The notes: generated by a model from the letters alone, not told the origin. DNA of 63,276 bases, filler included, from Calcarisporiella thermophila CBS 279.70 (GCF_041956535.1; 4 parts of 4 records of this genome joined end to end with filler, not necessarily neighbours in it); one strand, 5' to 3'. Shown: positions 36,124 through 48,844, counted from the first letter of the whole stretch. Numbers and translations: made by a program.

Positions 36124-37125
36124 TTAAAATACACCTTTCCATCCGAGCTTCTTAAAGCACTCTTCAAAGGTTAAGAAAGAACGCTGGACAAGACGAGTTT
36201 CCTTGAAATTGCGACCGGGGAAGAATCCATATTCATTGTAAAACTCAAACGACTCGCGCAGATTGTCATCTGAAGCAATATAAGGGAAATCTTGTGCAAG
36301 CCTCTCGGGTGGTATATACCGATATCGAATACTCTGACCCGAAATGCGTGACATCATCTCTGCAACCTCCTCCCAGGTATACTCTTCTCCAGCTAAATCG
36401 AGGGATTTTCCAAGATATTGGTCACGATTAGCAATAACCTCAGCGATCACTGGTCCAAAATCATAAGTGGAAGAGATCATAGCAAGCTTAACATCTGGCT
36501 TCATCGTATGGGCAATTTCAAGCTGACCATCTTGGTTTTTTTGTGGCGGGTAAAAATTGATAAAATTCTCGTAATAGAAACCCACTTTTATCACAGTAAA
36601 GGGAAGTTCGGTTTGCCTAAGGTATTCCTCAACGCGAGCCTTGTTGATGAAGTGGTACACTTTCTGATATTTACCATTCGACACTTTTTCTGTATCTTCC
36701 AAAGAGCTATAGATAGTCGAAAATAAGTAAGCCATATAACTAAACATCGAAGTCAAATCCGCCAAACTATACCTGTAAATAAAATGCTGTACACCAGCTT
36801 TTAGTGCTGCATCCACCATATTTTTTCCCTGACGCTCCTCCAATCTGTGGTCGGATTGAGCAGTTTCCGAATCGAAGTAATTTGTCACCGCAAATACTGC
36901 GTACGCCCCCTTGAATGCTTTGTCCAAGTCTTTCGGATCTGCCAAATTTGCCTTTATAACCTCTACGCCTCGCGAAGCTAGTGTCTTGGCATTCGGGGAA
37001 TCAGGGTTACGTGTAATTCCGCGTAATTGATATTGGTCAGTGGGTAATAGAGCATTGATGACGGAGCCACCTTGAGAACCAGTAGCTCCAACAACAACGA
37101 TTACAGGTTTTGTTATTGTAGACAT
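36124..37125 (-). CDS. NmrA-like (HSCARG-type) NAD(P)-binding protein; intron 36707-36772
   Basis: VVVGATGSQGGSV, RGITRNP, AFKGAYAVFAVTNY, QGKNMVDAA, HF..KA.VEEYL, GFYYENF. Confidence 0.92.
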   Translation of the reverse strand: MSTITKPVIVVVGATGSQGGSVINALLPTDQYQLRGITRNPDSPNAKTLASRGVEVIKANLADPKDLDKAFKGAYAVFAVTNYFDSETAQSDHRLEERQGKNMVDAALKAGVQHFIYRYSLADLTSMFSYMAYLFSTIYSSLEDTEKVSNGKYQKVYHFINKARVEEYLRQTELPFTVIKVGFYYENFINFYPPQKNQDGQLEIAHTMKPDVKLAMISSTYDFGPVIAEVIANRDQYLGKSLDLAGEEYTWEEVAEMMSRISGQSIRYRYIPPERLAQDFPYIASDDNLRESFEFYNEYGFFPGRNFKETRLVQRSFLTFEECFKKLGWKGVF

Positions 37126-38439
37126 GTTTTTTTTACAGATAGATTAAGTATTGCTTGTGTGAACTATTTTTCTTGGAGCCATTACCCAGATTTATATACA
37201 AATAGACGGATATACTAGACTTATATTGCTTATTCACCACATGGATGACTCACCGACTTCGACGCCTAAATTTCACTCCGACAATATATCCACACAAAGC
37301 GCAGATTAAATTTGTGTGTATTCGATTAGTCAATCCTCTCAAATTGAACAGTCAATCACTAGCAAATCAGAGAAAAATAATAAAAAACTAAGACTGATGT
37401 TTAGTTTAAAACATACGGAAGAACGCGCTGATCATAGTTTACGCAATACGTTATGTTTTTTGCTATATTCGTAATATTTAATTTTTCTTAGGGTTACAAT
37501 ACTGAATTGTTTATCTACATTCCTAATTGATGTCAAGTTAATAATCAATTACACGGCTCTGATAAGAATTAAAAAAGCCATTACAATAGCCATTTGTATC
37601 CTTATATTGGCTACTTCTAGAATGATCTGATAAGCAATAGCGTTTGAATCTGTAGCTCCAAAACTGGTCGCGTTAGGTATGTTAGGTATATATGTGCATT
37701 TAGAATTTAATCAACTGGAGTATGTCCACGTTGAGATACTTTTTAAAAATCTTGCCTCTAGTAGACACTTCTATTTCCAATTACTCAAAGCTATTAAGTT
37801 TTAAGAATCAATGCAAAGTGGGATTTATTGCTGCGTTGGAGAAAAGACTCTTTCACTAATTGTAAGCATATCCTCAAAGTGTCGCATAGCAATCTCTATA
37901 ATATGCTTTCAATAAGCCTGAGTGGAAGGCAGAAACTAGGGCCAAGGGAAGAGCTGGGTCAGGTATTGGATACCCTATATACCTCGCCGCAAACTTACTG
38001 ATTCCTATTTAAAATAATATTAAAGCTGGATGTTTTCAATCAAAGACGCAAAGTGTTATTATATGCAAGTTCTCCCTCACTTTTAAGCAGTATATAGGAG
38101 AATACTTTGATAGATTTATCTCGAGAACTCTACAATAAACAATAATCTTCTACTCATTCTATTCTAATTAGTATAATGGCAATGACGCTTTAGGTCACTG
38201 CTAAGTGAATTTCTTCCCACACGTGTTGAATTATAAAAGAATTTAAACACCGAAGGTAAAAACCTATTAGTTTTGCTAGGCTATTTCATATATATGTATT
38301 GATATTTAAATATTATTGCATGTCTCTCTAAATTAATACCAATCCAAATCAATATCAGATTTCTAAATTATCCTTTACTTTACTACACTACCATTCTGTT
38401 TCCGTTAAATATTTGCTAATTACCTTCAATATTTCTAAG

Positions 38440-41094
38440 ATGTCAACAGATGAAATCTCATCCGCGCCATCCCTCACGGCCAAACTTGGTCAACTCTTCA
38501 TGGTCGGATTCTATGGCCTGGAGCCTAGCGACGAATTGATCCAGCTTATCACTACTCATCAAGTTGGTTCCGTCGTTCTTTTTTCCCGCAACATTGCGTC
38601 AGTCGAGCAACTTCGCTCGCTGACTCTATCGCTGCAGCAAATCGCAAAAAATGCCGGTCATCCGCATCCATTACTGATTGCAGTTGACCAAGAAAATGGA
38701 ATGGTTCGTCGCTTTGGTAAAATGACAACTCTATTCCCCGGTAATATGGCTCTCGGAGCCCTACCCACGTCTACGATTCGAACTGCTGAATCAATCGCGC
38801 GCGCAACCGCCAAAGAGCTTCTCGCACTCGGCATCAACTACGACCTGGCTCCAGTCGTAGATGTGAATAATAACCCTAAAAATCCCGTGATTGGAATTCG
38901 TTCTTTTGGACAGGATCCTCATCTGTGTGCACGGCTTGGTTCCTCTATGGTAAAAGGTTTCCAAGAATGCGGTGTAATCGCTTGTGCGAAGCACTTTCCA
39001 GGTCACGGCAACACGGCTGTTGATTCACACTATGGTCTTCCTGTTATTTCTAAGACACGTGCCCAACTAGAAGAGGTGGAGTTGGTGCCTTTTTGGCGAT
39101 GTGCAAGTGATGATATTTCAGTGGCAAGTATTATGGTAGGCCACATGCATTTGCCTGAGATTATGAAGTCAGAGTCAGGGCATAAGAAGCCATGCAGTGT
39201 CTCGCGTGAAGTGGTACATGACATGTTACGTATCGGAATGGGGTATCAGGGGGTTATCATCACCGATTGCTTAATTATGGATGGCGTCAGGAGCACCGTG
39301 GGAACTGTGGAGGGTGCAGTCATGGCCTTACAAGCTGGCAATGATATAGTGATGATTTGTCATGAGCATGATAAACAGCGCGAGGCCATTTTACGGGTAC
39401 AGGAGGCGGTTGCCAAAGGTGAGATTGATCGTGCCGAAATTGAACGGTCTTACGAAAGAGTTATGGCACTCAAGAGCCGATACACTAGTTGGAGTGCTGC
39501 CTTGGAGTTGACAGACGTTTCTGATATTCGCTGTGATGCTCATCTCAAACTCAGCATGGATACCTATGCCTCCACCACTACTGTAGTTAGGAATGAGGCT
39601 GGCATAATCCCATTGCATCTCTCCCAAGATCAAAATCTCATGCTTATTACCCCTAACGTTATCGCTACTGGAGCATTTGACTCATCCAATCACGCATTTG
39701 CGGCCCTTGAGGAGCAAATCCGCCTTCGACATTCCAATATCAACCACTGGAAAATTCCCGAAACTTCTGAAGCTCAGCTTCAGTTAGCCCAGGACGCAGA
39801 TTTCAATTCTAAAGCAAAGCATGCCGATCTCATTTTGATTGTTACCGCTAATGCCAATTTGCACGCGAATCAATTAAAGGTAGTGCGATATCTGCTAGCC
39901 TCAATTCAGGTACCTATCGTAATGGTGGCATCGGGTAACCCATATGATCTGGAGGAATTTTCTGCTGATAGTATCAATACCTATCTTACCACTTATGAGC
40001 ACACTGAATCAGCGTTTGGAGCTCTCACCGCTGTCTTATTTGGCGAAGTTCGTGCCCAGGGCAAACTACCTGTAGAACTTTTATCAGGTTCCACTGCTTC
40101 GAATACTACTGCAAATATCATTGTTGAGGATTACAATCCCCAAAGGGATCTTAATTCGGTTGTAGCGCTATGGGATGCTAGTTTCGGAGACAAATGGCCA
40201 CGCAATACAGATCGAATTGAGGTGGTGTTGCGCCGCTGTGGGAAAGCTAAGCACTTTATTGTACGCGGAAGTAATGGCGACGCGATTGGGTTTGCTGCGA
40301 CGAGCATTGACGGCGAGGGTGATAGTTATGGTCACTTAATGCTAATTATGGTTCATCCTGTGGCTCGACGCCGCGGAATTGGCTCGGCTCTTCACACTGC
40401 TGCAATGCGTCATCTTTATTCCCATCCCACAATTAAGTCAATCCAGCTGGGAGCGGCGTATCCACGCTTCTTTTGTGGCGTTCCCGAAAATCTAATGCCT
40501 CAAGCTGGGCCGTTTTTCGCCCACCGTGGATGGCGCTTCAATAGCGGGTCCCGTCCTGGTATCGTATACGATTTAATTCAAGATGTTCGCCAATTCGTGA
40601 CACCTGCCGACATAACGAACAAGATGGTCGATGCAGGAATTGTAATTGCACCCATTTGTTCGGCAGAGGAAGTAAAAGAAGTAGTAGAGTTTGAAGAAAA
40701 GCATTTCCCATACTGGCGTTGGACTTACGAGCACCATGCTGATCTTGGTGATCTGGCCGACCTTATCGTTGCACGAGATGAACGGGGAAGTGGCAGAGTC
40801 GTGGGCGCCATGGTTATATATTCAGCTGAAAATTCGAGCAAGGAGCGAACTGATGTAGGATGGTGGGATGAGAGCCTGTTTGGAGCAAAGTGCGGTGGGA
40901 TAGCATGTGTTGGCGTCGATGAAGCCATGCGAGGCAAGGGAATCGGAGCAGGGTTGGTTGCTTATGGGAGTGAGATTCTGCGCAAACGCGGTGTCGAGCG
41001 CGTAATGATTGATTGGGTTGTGCTAGAACGGTTCTATGAAAAACTGGGATATAAACGGTGGAGGGGATACTATATGAGTGATAGAGTGGTGTAA
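38440..41094 (+). CDS. GH3 beta-N-acetylglucosaminidase fused to tandem GNAT acetyltransferase domains (RmNag/Ngs1-like)
   Basis: IAVDQENG, APVVDV, RSFG, KHFPGHGNTAVDSH, IITDCL; GNAT motif A twice (VHPVARRRGIG, VDEAMRGKGIG). Confidence 0.92.
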   Translation: MSTDEISSAPSLTAKLGQLFMVGFYGLEPSDELIQLITTHQVGSVVLFSRNIASVEQLRSLTLSLQQIAKNAGHPHPLLIAVDQENGMVRRFGKMTTLFPGNMALGALPTSTIRTAESIARATAKELLALGINYDLAPVVDVNNNPKNPVIGIRSFGQDPHLCARLGSSMVKGFQECGVIACAKHFPGHGNTAVDSHYGLPVISKTRAQLEEVELVPFWRCASDDISVASIMVGHMHLPEIMKSESGHKKPCSVSREVVHDMLRIGMGYQGVIITDCLIMDGVRSTVGTVEGAVMALQAGNDIVMICHEHDKQREAILRVQEAVAKGEIDRAEIERSYERVMALKSRYTSWSAALELTDVSDIRCDAHLKLSMDTYASTTTVVRNEAGIIPLHLSQDQNLMLITPNVIATGAFDSSNHAFAALEEQIRLRHSNINHWKIPETSEAQLQLAQDADFNSKAKHADLILIVTANANLHANQLKVVRYLLASIQVPIVMVASGNPYDLEEFSADSINTYLTTYEHTESAFGALTAVLFGEVRAQGKLPVELLSGSTASNTTANIIVEDYNPQRDLNSVVALWDASFGDKWPRNTDRIEVVLRRCGKAKHFIVRGSNGDAIGFAATSIDGEGDSYGHLMLIMVHPVARRRGIGSALHTAAMRHLYSHPTIKSIQLGAAYPRFFCGVPENLMPQAGPFFAHRGWRFNSGSRPGIVYDLIQDVRQFVTPADITNKMVDAGIVIAPICSAEEVKEVVEFEEKHFPYWRWTYEHHADLGDLADLIVARDERGSGRVVGAMVIYSAENSSKERTDVGWWDESLFGAKCGGIACVGVDEAMRGKGIGAGLVAYGSEILRKRGVERVMIDWVVLERFYEKLGYKRWRGYYMSDRVV

Positions 41095-41362
41095 GGGGAT
41101 AACTTGACATAACTATTAAGACACGTGTACAACCATTATTTATTAATACTCTTTTTACAACGATTCTTGACGATTAAAGAATAAAACTTAAAACTGCAGA
41201 ATGCTGGCGAGCTATATTGATAGTTGATATATAAAAAATAAATAAAATGCAATTTCACAAACACAGTTGTCCCTCCCATTAGATTAAACTGTGTTGAAAT
41301 ATATTATTTTCCTCTAAAGCCATATAAGTGATTTTACTCTCATTATTTGATATTATAAGTGG

Positions 41363-41444
41363 TGTAATGAATCAATCTTTTTCTTAAATTACTTGAATTG
41401 GAATATTTGGAACTCCGAACCCTCCAGAACTCGAGAAATCTTTC
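41363..41444 (+). repeat. 5' LTR (portion matching the 3' copy)
   Basis: Starts TGTAATG; 82-bp near-identical direct repeat of 44535-44616. Confidence 0.85.
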
Positions 41445-41800
41445 AGTTTGGTTTTGACTGTAGTAGTACTGGAATTTGACCTCAGTTTAATTACATTTCT
41501 TAATTTTTCTGGTTGTTTTCTCAATTCTTAATTAATTATTGTTGTATAAAACGAAGTATAAGAATTTCGAGTTCAAATTAATTTTACTTTATTGGACTTC
41601 ATAATCATTTTCTTATTCTTCTATTTTCCTACTTTGTTATAATAAATATTAAGTTCAGTACTTAGTGTTTATTTTAGTGACGACTTTCGATCTAACTGCG
41701 TGAAGCTACCAGAATCCATGAATCTTAAACAAAACACCAGACTAGACTAGACACTAGACACTAGACACTAGAATTATTTTTACGAGACAACATTGGAATA

Positions 41801-42511
41801 ATGGAGCCGATTTTTGTACCAGCACCTATCCGTATGCCTGAACCCGCCAGATTTGGTGGCAGGCATTACCCCAGCGTGCGCGAATGGATTAATCAAGTTG
41901 AGAACTATTTTGTGGGAACGAAGCTTCCTGAGCATATGAAGATCCCGTATGCAGTCGCTCTATTCCAAAGTGACGCCCTTATTTGGTGGGGACACTTAAA
42001 AATACAAGGGCGAGTGCCAAGGGAGTGGGAGACCTTTAAAAACGAGGGCATCACCATGTTTCAACCGATAAACTCAGTTAAACATGCGAGGGCTAAGCTT
42101 GCAGACTTGAAACAACGACGAACTGTACAGGAGTATGTCGTAACCTTCCAATCGCTAGCAATTCAGATTCCGGGCATAACTGAGGAAGAGCTGGTTGACA
42201 AGTTTATTCGCGGATTGAAACTGCAAACGAGAAAGGCAATAGAATACAAGAATCCGTCCACTTTAGATGAGGCAGTTATGGAAGCTAAGCGTTACGATGC
42301 CGTTTATTTTCGAGACCGTAATCGTCCCCAACTCAGCGATCGTGCCTCAACTGATCGCGAAAGTCAAAATGGACTACGACTAATAGAACTCGGTGCAATT
42401 CAAAAACACAAATGGCTCGACGAGAACGAAAGACAGCAACTGAGAAAGACCGCATCGTGTTTCCTCTGCCGCGACAAAGGTCATATAGCCAAAGCCTGCC
42501 TTAAGAAGTAG
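41801..42511 (+). CDS. Ty3/Gypsy Gag (open, 236 aa)
   Basis: VREWINQVENYF, ALIWW, LKQ..TVQEYV..F, KFIRGLK, CFLCRDKGHIAKAC. Confidence 0.85.
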   Translation: MEPIFVPAPIRMPEPARFGGRHYPSVREWINQVENYFVGTKLPEHMKIPYAVALFQSDALIWWGHLKIQGRVPREWETFKNEGITMFQPINSVKHARAKLADLKQRRTVQEYVVTFQSLAIQIPGITEEELVDKFIRGLKLQTRKAIEYKNPSTLDEAVMEAKRYDAVYFRDRNRPQLSDRASTDRESQNGLRLIELGAIQKHKWLDENERQQLRKTASCFLCRDKGHIAKACLKK

Positions 42512-44534
42512 CGAAACGCGCTATCATCGTCGGGATAATTCAAGTCTCGGTGCTGATGGGGATCTCCACTGGGACCAACGGTGAAATATATTGTCCAATA
42601 ACAATTCCCCACAATCCCAACTTGGCGAGATGTCTAATCAACGTACGACTCAACTCAATACAACGGCGACGAATCAACACTGAGATCTTCTGATGTATCA
42701 AGGATTTCTGGATAAATTTCCGGTCAAAGTTCTTGTTGAAGGAGGAGCATCCGACAATTTCGTGACAAAAGACTGAGGCTATTGTTTCGGTAATAAGATA
42801 TTTGAGACTCCCAGTTTCGAACTATCCTTCGCCAACTCTGACGAAAGTAATTTTCGACTTTCGGACTCCTAAAGTGTACTATGGTAAAAGAGCAGTTAAA
42901 ATAAAAGAGAAAAATAGGAGTAATGACCTGAAAACATACAGCTGAGCTATTTAAAGAATAACAAGAAAAACAAAAACAGGATTTATCATTTACAAACAAA
43001 CAAGTAATAATTGGATGCGTGTAAAAATTAACATCAAATTAAAAATCCTGACACCAATGGTGAAAAGCAGATCTGTAGCCGAAGACTCGTGGATATACAC
43101 CTACGACTCGGAGAATATGAGCAACCACTTAATTTTATTGTCGTCGATCTTCCGCATTATGATATCGTCTTGGGAAAGCCATGATTTGCCGAGCACAACC
43201 CTCAGATCAACTGGAGGAAAACGGTAAAGTTTTGGCATCAGGACCAAGAAATCAAGCTCAAGGGCACGCGATGCAATAGCATGGAAATGCTATCTGCAAT
43301 GCAGTTCAAGCGCATCGCCAAAGATCACAAAGTATTTGCAGTAATATTGAAGAAAGCTAGCAGTACCGAACCGTCACAATTCGATACGAACAACGATATC
43401 GAGGAAATAATTGCTAATTACGAGGACGTATTTCTCAACGAGTTGCCAGCTGGGTTGCTGTCAGAAAGAACTGTGGATCACCACATTGAACTCGTGCCAG
43501 GTAACGAACACCGTCGAAGGCGTCATACAGATTAAACTACCCTGAAATGAACGAGATGCATAAGCAGTTGCGAAACTTGCTTAAAAAGGGTTTCATCCAG
43601 CTCAGCAAATCACTATTCAGCGCGCCAGTGCTTTTTGCTAAGAAAAAGGGTGGCGACCTAAGGATGCGCATTGACTACCGCGCACGGAATAAGTTCAAAT
43701 CAAGTATTCTCAAAGATTGACTTAAGAACAGATTATCACCAGATCAGAATCGCCGCCAATGGCGTCCTAAAGACCGCATTCAGAACACGTAACGGCCACT
43801 TCAAGTTTCTAGTGCTGCCTTTTGGTTTGACCAACGCGCCTGCGACATTCATGACCCTCATGAATGACATATTTCGACAACCGCTAGACCCGTGCGTTAT
43901 CGTTTGTCTTGACGACATACTAATTTTAGCAAGGACACACAAGAACATACGGAATACCTGCGGCAAGTTCTTGACATATTATGCGAAACAAAACGAGAAT
44001 GAGCCCATTTTTACCTAACTCCAAACTACATTCAATCGTACCGTCAAGCCTTTTGAATTTCACACCACGCCGGATCAACGTCCAAGCAATTGACGACTTC
44101 ATCCTCAGAATGTCAAGTCTACTCAAGAGCGCTTCGGTTAATTTGTCAGTCGCGAAATGACATCTAGCCCAGTACTCCAACCAAAATTAGAGAAGAGAAG
44201 AGTACAAAATTGGGGTTACAAGTTCATACAATACAAGTTCATAAGACCATACGAGATCACTGAGAAGATATCACTCGTAGCCTACTGATTTCAACCAGTT
44301 GAAACAGAAGGACTTAAATACGAAGTAAAGCGCGTTATGGACAATAGAACAAGGAAATTCGGCCGCATCGAACGAGTTGAATATTTAATTAAATGGACCG
44401 GCTACGACAAAACGGAATCTACCTAGGAACCTTTGCGAAACTTAGAGAATGCATAGCGAGCAATAGAAGAATGTGAAAATTCGAAGAAATTGGTTTAAAA
44501 TAACCCGAAAGGTGATTTTTAAAAAGGGAAGAGT

Positions 44535-44616
44535 TGGATTGAATCAATCTTATTCTTGAATTACTTATATTGGAATATTTGGAACTCCAAACCCTCCAGA
44601 ACTCGAGAAATCTTTC
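44535..44616 (+). repeat. 3' LTR (apparently truncated)
   Basis: Directly follows the polypurine tract AAAAAGGGAAGAG and matches 41363-41444. Confidence 0.85.
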
Positions 44617-44722
44617 TAAGTGGCGTCCGATAATCTTGTAGATTATTTGATTATTTCATTTTATAAAATTACATTAAATAAACTGCTTAAATTGATAAAT
44701 ACAATATTAGATATCAATACGA

Positions 44723-46566
44723 TCAGCTTTCCTCAACTTTGTCAGATGCAACGCCCGGGGTCACTGGTACAAGGCCCGAAGAAATTTCCCTTTGTCGTGC
44801 TTCTTGTCGCAAATATTCATCAGCATCTACTTTAGCCGAGTCGATATCCACCCATAAAATCAAAAAGATAGAGAGCACAAATATGCACACCACAAATACC
44901 CAAGGAAGCGATTGATTGCCAGAAGCTTCTTGAATTGCGGTAATGATAAAAGGGCCAATCCATGCGGAGGCTTTGTTCATGAAGCCCATCAAGCCAAAGA
45001 ACTGGGCCTCATGACCACGGGGAATAAGCTCCGACAGAACAGTGCCAGCATAGGCCCAGTACTAAATGATATTCAGTTAGTGAGAGTGTATGAGAAATCA
45101 ACTACAAAATCACAGTTATATGATGGCACTTACCGGTGCGGTAAAAATACCATTAATGATATAAAAGAAATAAATCTCCCACATGTTATGGTATCCAATA
45201 GAATCGGTCCAGGTCCCAATCAGACCCCAAACGGCTTGGAAGAGTGAGCCGACTATGATGAACAAGAGCATTATCTTCGACGAAAGCCGGAAATATTTCT
45301 GCACATAAAGCATGCCAAAACATCCAATGATAGAGCAAAATGCTCCGACTAGATTAACCGTGACCACGAAAGTGGTAGGGTCAATAAATTTAGCCGCCTG
45401 ATTCTGGAAAACGCCGAGAATGGCATTGATTGTACTGATACCATCGGAGAGGATGAAATAAGCGAGTAAATATTTAAAAAGTTGCTTCAGCTTTTTGGCC
45501 TCTTTGAGTGCGAACCAATTCCGCTTAAGACCCAAGGTCAGATAATTAGAGCCCGGGGGTTTTGGTGGCCCAGAGCGATTTTGTGACCAAAATATATAAG
45601 GGATGGCGCTGATAATCCAAAACACAGCGCAAACTACAATGCCTATGTTGTTTGAAAGATAACTGTTTTCCTTGTAGGTGGAGCTCAAACCCGCAAGACT
45701 GAGAATAGCAGTCAAGGCCAAATAGCCAACATTACTCCATGCAGTAGACACGGCAGAAATATGAGATTTGGCCGCCGAAGTGAGACGCTCCACCTCTAAT
45801 GCAGGCTTACTCTCATCAATAGCTTGGCGAACTTCTGGGATATTTTGAGCAAGTCGAGGGAAAATGCACTAAAAGGTTCAATAAGCCCACATTAAAAAGC
45901 AGTTGAAAATCATTTACAAAACCAGCAAAGTAATGTAAAATCCATACCCAGTAGAACACCAAAGTGCCACCATATAAGATATTGGCAATACTGGTCAAGG
46001 CCGACACAGCCATCCAATCCATATTGGGAATTAAGAAGAGGAAGTGTACGGCAATACAGGAAACGTTGAAAAAGAGCAAGAACCAGTATCCCCATCGTTG
46101 GTGGTCTGCCATAGATCCAATAGTTACAAAAAGGATCATCTGAATGGCAAAACAGATTCCTTGTGTTAGATATGTCCAACTGGAATAGTTAAGTCCATTA
46201 ATAACACATGTCGAGGGATGCCCGCCATCGCATTTCTCTCCAGTCGTTGAGTCTACTCCTGCAGCAAACAAGACTTGAGGTAAAAGTGCACCAAGCATAA
46301 GAACATTGATAGCGGTTCCATTGTTCTAATCGTGAGCAAAGAATGTATTTATCTATCATCAATAATATATTGATATCAGATCTCCTACTTACGCCATTAT
46401 ATAACAGATAATATGCCCAGAGCTCCTTTTTAGATGTCACGGGTTGCCCTCTGGTGGAAGCGATTTGGGTCGCAGAGGGTCCATCACCGGAGTAGTCTTC
46501 AACTTGCGCCAGGGCATCCAATTTTAATTTGTTGCCCTGGACTTCAGGATCGGCTGGAGAGCTCAT
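44723..46566 (-). CDS. ATG22: Atg22-like vacuolar amino-acid efflux MFS transporter (multi-exon)
   Basis: KKELWAYYL, GSMAD, YLLAYFILSDG..T and ELIPRGHEAQFFGL..NKASAWIGP; about 12 hydrophobic segments; GT..AG introns. Confidence 0.85.
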
Positions 46567-47432
46567 AGATGCGGTTGTGCTTCCCGATTTCGGAACGATG
46601 ACGGGGAGATTGGTGGAGTCCGAGGAGGGAACGAAAAACCCCTTTATAGTCGAGCTGAGCTTAATTTGTCTTGCTGCTCGTGACCATTCTGAGTTACATC
46701 AACTTGAATTAGAGTTTACTAAAGTGGTATCCTGCATTAAGGTTCAACTACTAATATACCCATAGTAGAGATGAATACCGAGCGTATTGCTATAATAAGG
46801 CTTTTCCCACGTGAACTCCAATAAGTTTGGCAACAGCTAAACTTCCCGGCAAATGCATTAGGCAACCGCCACAAAATTAATGCAGTCATCATAAATCCTC
46901 TGTGCCATTGAACAATCATTGCTAAAAGGACTAAATATAACTTGAATGTAGCGTGGCTATTGCGTCTGAAAAATTGAGTAGGAGCCGAGTATCGCTGCAC
47001 CACACTGATAAATACAATCTGCGGAGTAACCCCCATAAAAAACCGACTATTTTAAAGCCTTTTTTTAAAAAATTTCGTACCTTCATAATTTGACTCTATA
47101 TTTTAAGTGATTGAACCCTGATAAACAAGCTTTCAGAAGGTCGGGATCTCTTCCCTATTGACATATTCTTATCATAGTTATCGACATATGTATATCTAAG
47201 GTTGATATAGCATATTCATTAAAATTTTATCGACTAAAAGTCAACCTTCTCTCAATAAAACGCCACTAAAAATTGTATTTAGATAAATGTATAATAGTAA
47301 AAAAGATGAAAATGAAAATTTATTTCTATGTTGGGGGAAATTTAAACAGAATAATACAGATAATCTACTCTAATGACCTACACAACGAATACAGAGCATT
47401 ACAACGATAAGGGATGTTCACTATTAAACTAC

Positions 47433-48233
47433 TCAATCGAAATCAGCGGAAAGGGAGTTATCCTTTCAATTTTCGTACTCTCTTCTCATATCGTCAAGCT
47501 TATCTATAAGAATGCTCCAGGCGTCAGAGCCTAGAGCAAGGCGCAAAGGTGGTTTTTCCTCGTAGGCCATCTTATATAGCACTGCGGCTGTTTTAGCAGG
47601 ATCGCCTTTTGAAGAAGCATAAAGGATAAAATATCTTGTCTAAATTTATTGGCCGGTGACTTCGCATAGGCCGGATGATGCTCAGACATGACTAGTGACC
47701 TTTTATCCCAGCCCATTCGGAATCCACCAGGCTTAATGTTCCACGCAGGATCAAGCTCCTTTGCAAGCCCTTCTGAAAGTGCTTCCAAAGCGAATTTACT
47801 GGCTGAGCATGCTATGTAGGCAGGATAAGCAATTATGCCGCTAACTGAGCTAACGTTAATAATATATCCCCCAATAGGCTGCTGCTCCCTAAGTATCTAT
47901 ACGGCCTCTCGACAAACATTCACTAGTCCGAAAAAGTTGACTTCGAATTTGCTATGTATTTCCTCATTCGTAATGGATTCTCATTCTCCTAGTTGGCTGA
48001 ATGCCCCGCTATTTACAACGACATCAATCCGCCCAAATTTGTGAATGGCCCATTTTTAACACGGCGAAAATACTTTCCTTGACAGCTAGATTCATTCCTG
48101 CTATCAGAAGATTATCGCTAGAGTAATCCAACTCCTGTCGTAACTGCCCTGGAATTCTTCCCACAGCGACTACACGATCTCCCATTCTCAGGGCTTTATC
48201 CACCAATGCTCGTCCGATACCTGAAGACGATCC
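47433..48233 (-). pseudogene. SDR pseudogene
   Basis: GSSSGIGRAL, GRIDVVVN, FEVNFFG, SKFALEALSEGLAKE and PPLRLALGSDA lie in different frames with stops; the 5' end is missing. Confidence 0.8.
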
Positions 48234-48304
48234 GTCAAAATTTTCACCTATTTTTCACTATATTAATAATGGGAGAGGAGTCTACAAATTATAATGAAAT
48301 TGTT

Positions 48305-48397
48305 GAAAAATTATAGGGAATCGCGAACCTTCTCCTTCTTTTCTACATGCTCCTATACGTTTTCTAGCGGTTTTCACCAGGCGAGTTTTCTGTAGGG
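48305..48397 (-). mobile_element. degenerate copy of the MITE at 49836-49959 (one terminus retained)
   Basis: Aligns by eye with the reverse complement of about 49836-49930 (GGAATCGCGAAC..TACGTTTTCTA..TTTTCACC.GGCGAGTTTT.TGTA); ends TGTAGGG. Confidence 0.7.
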
Positions 48398-48844
48398 TTG
48401 AATGCACTTTGAATACCTAACGTACTTTTTAATCTTCTTTGCATCTCTATTAGAATCATAATTATTTTAAACCTAATATTGTTCTTATTCATTTTAGAAT
48501 GGTATTTGAAAAAACCACATGTAACATATCCAACAGAAAGTTCGCAAGTGCACACAAATAGATAACGTATAGAAATACATAAATGCTGTTAAAAGCATTC
48601 GTGATTCGCTAGATTTTTACTAACTTTTCACTTTCTTTTCGCAATTTATTTATAAGATAATAATGAGAATAATGAGAATAATTAGAAACCTTGGTAAAGT
48701 GGGAATTAGAAGTCTGTTTTAAAATAATAAGTACGAAAATTATTAAATTTTTCAACTTATACCTGGTCGACCCTAAATCGACTAACTACTACTACCAATT
48801 CTAAATATTGTACAATCTGACCAATCGCTACTTTTTAACTTTCC

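Larger units (their letters stand above)
41363..44616 (+). mobile_element. decayed Ty3/Gypsy chromovirus LTR retrotransposon
   Basis: gag + CCHC, protease remnant VLVEGGASDNFV, RT ([27 protein letters not shown]), chromodomain (EYLIKWTGY); polypurine tract 44521-44533; LTR-like direct repeats; RNase H and integrase mostly deleted. Confidence 0.92.

Noticed and set aside
18651-44460. RIP-like mutation suggested by stops apparently derived from CAA, CAG or TGG
   Set aside because: Transition-derived stops can only come from such codons (ascertainment bias); a family alignment would be needed.
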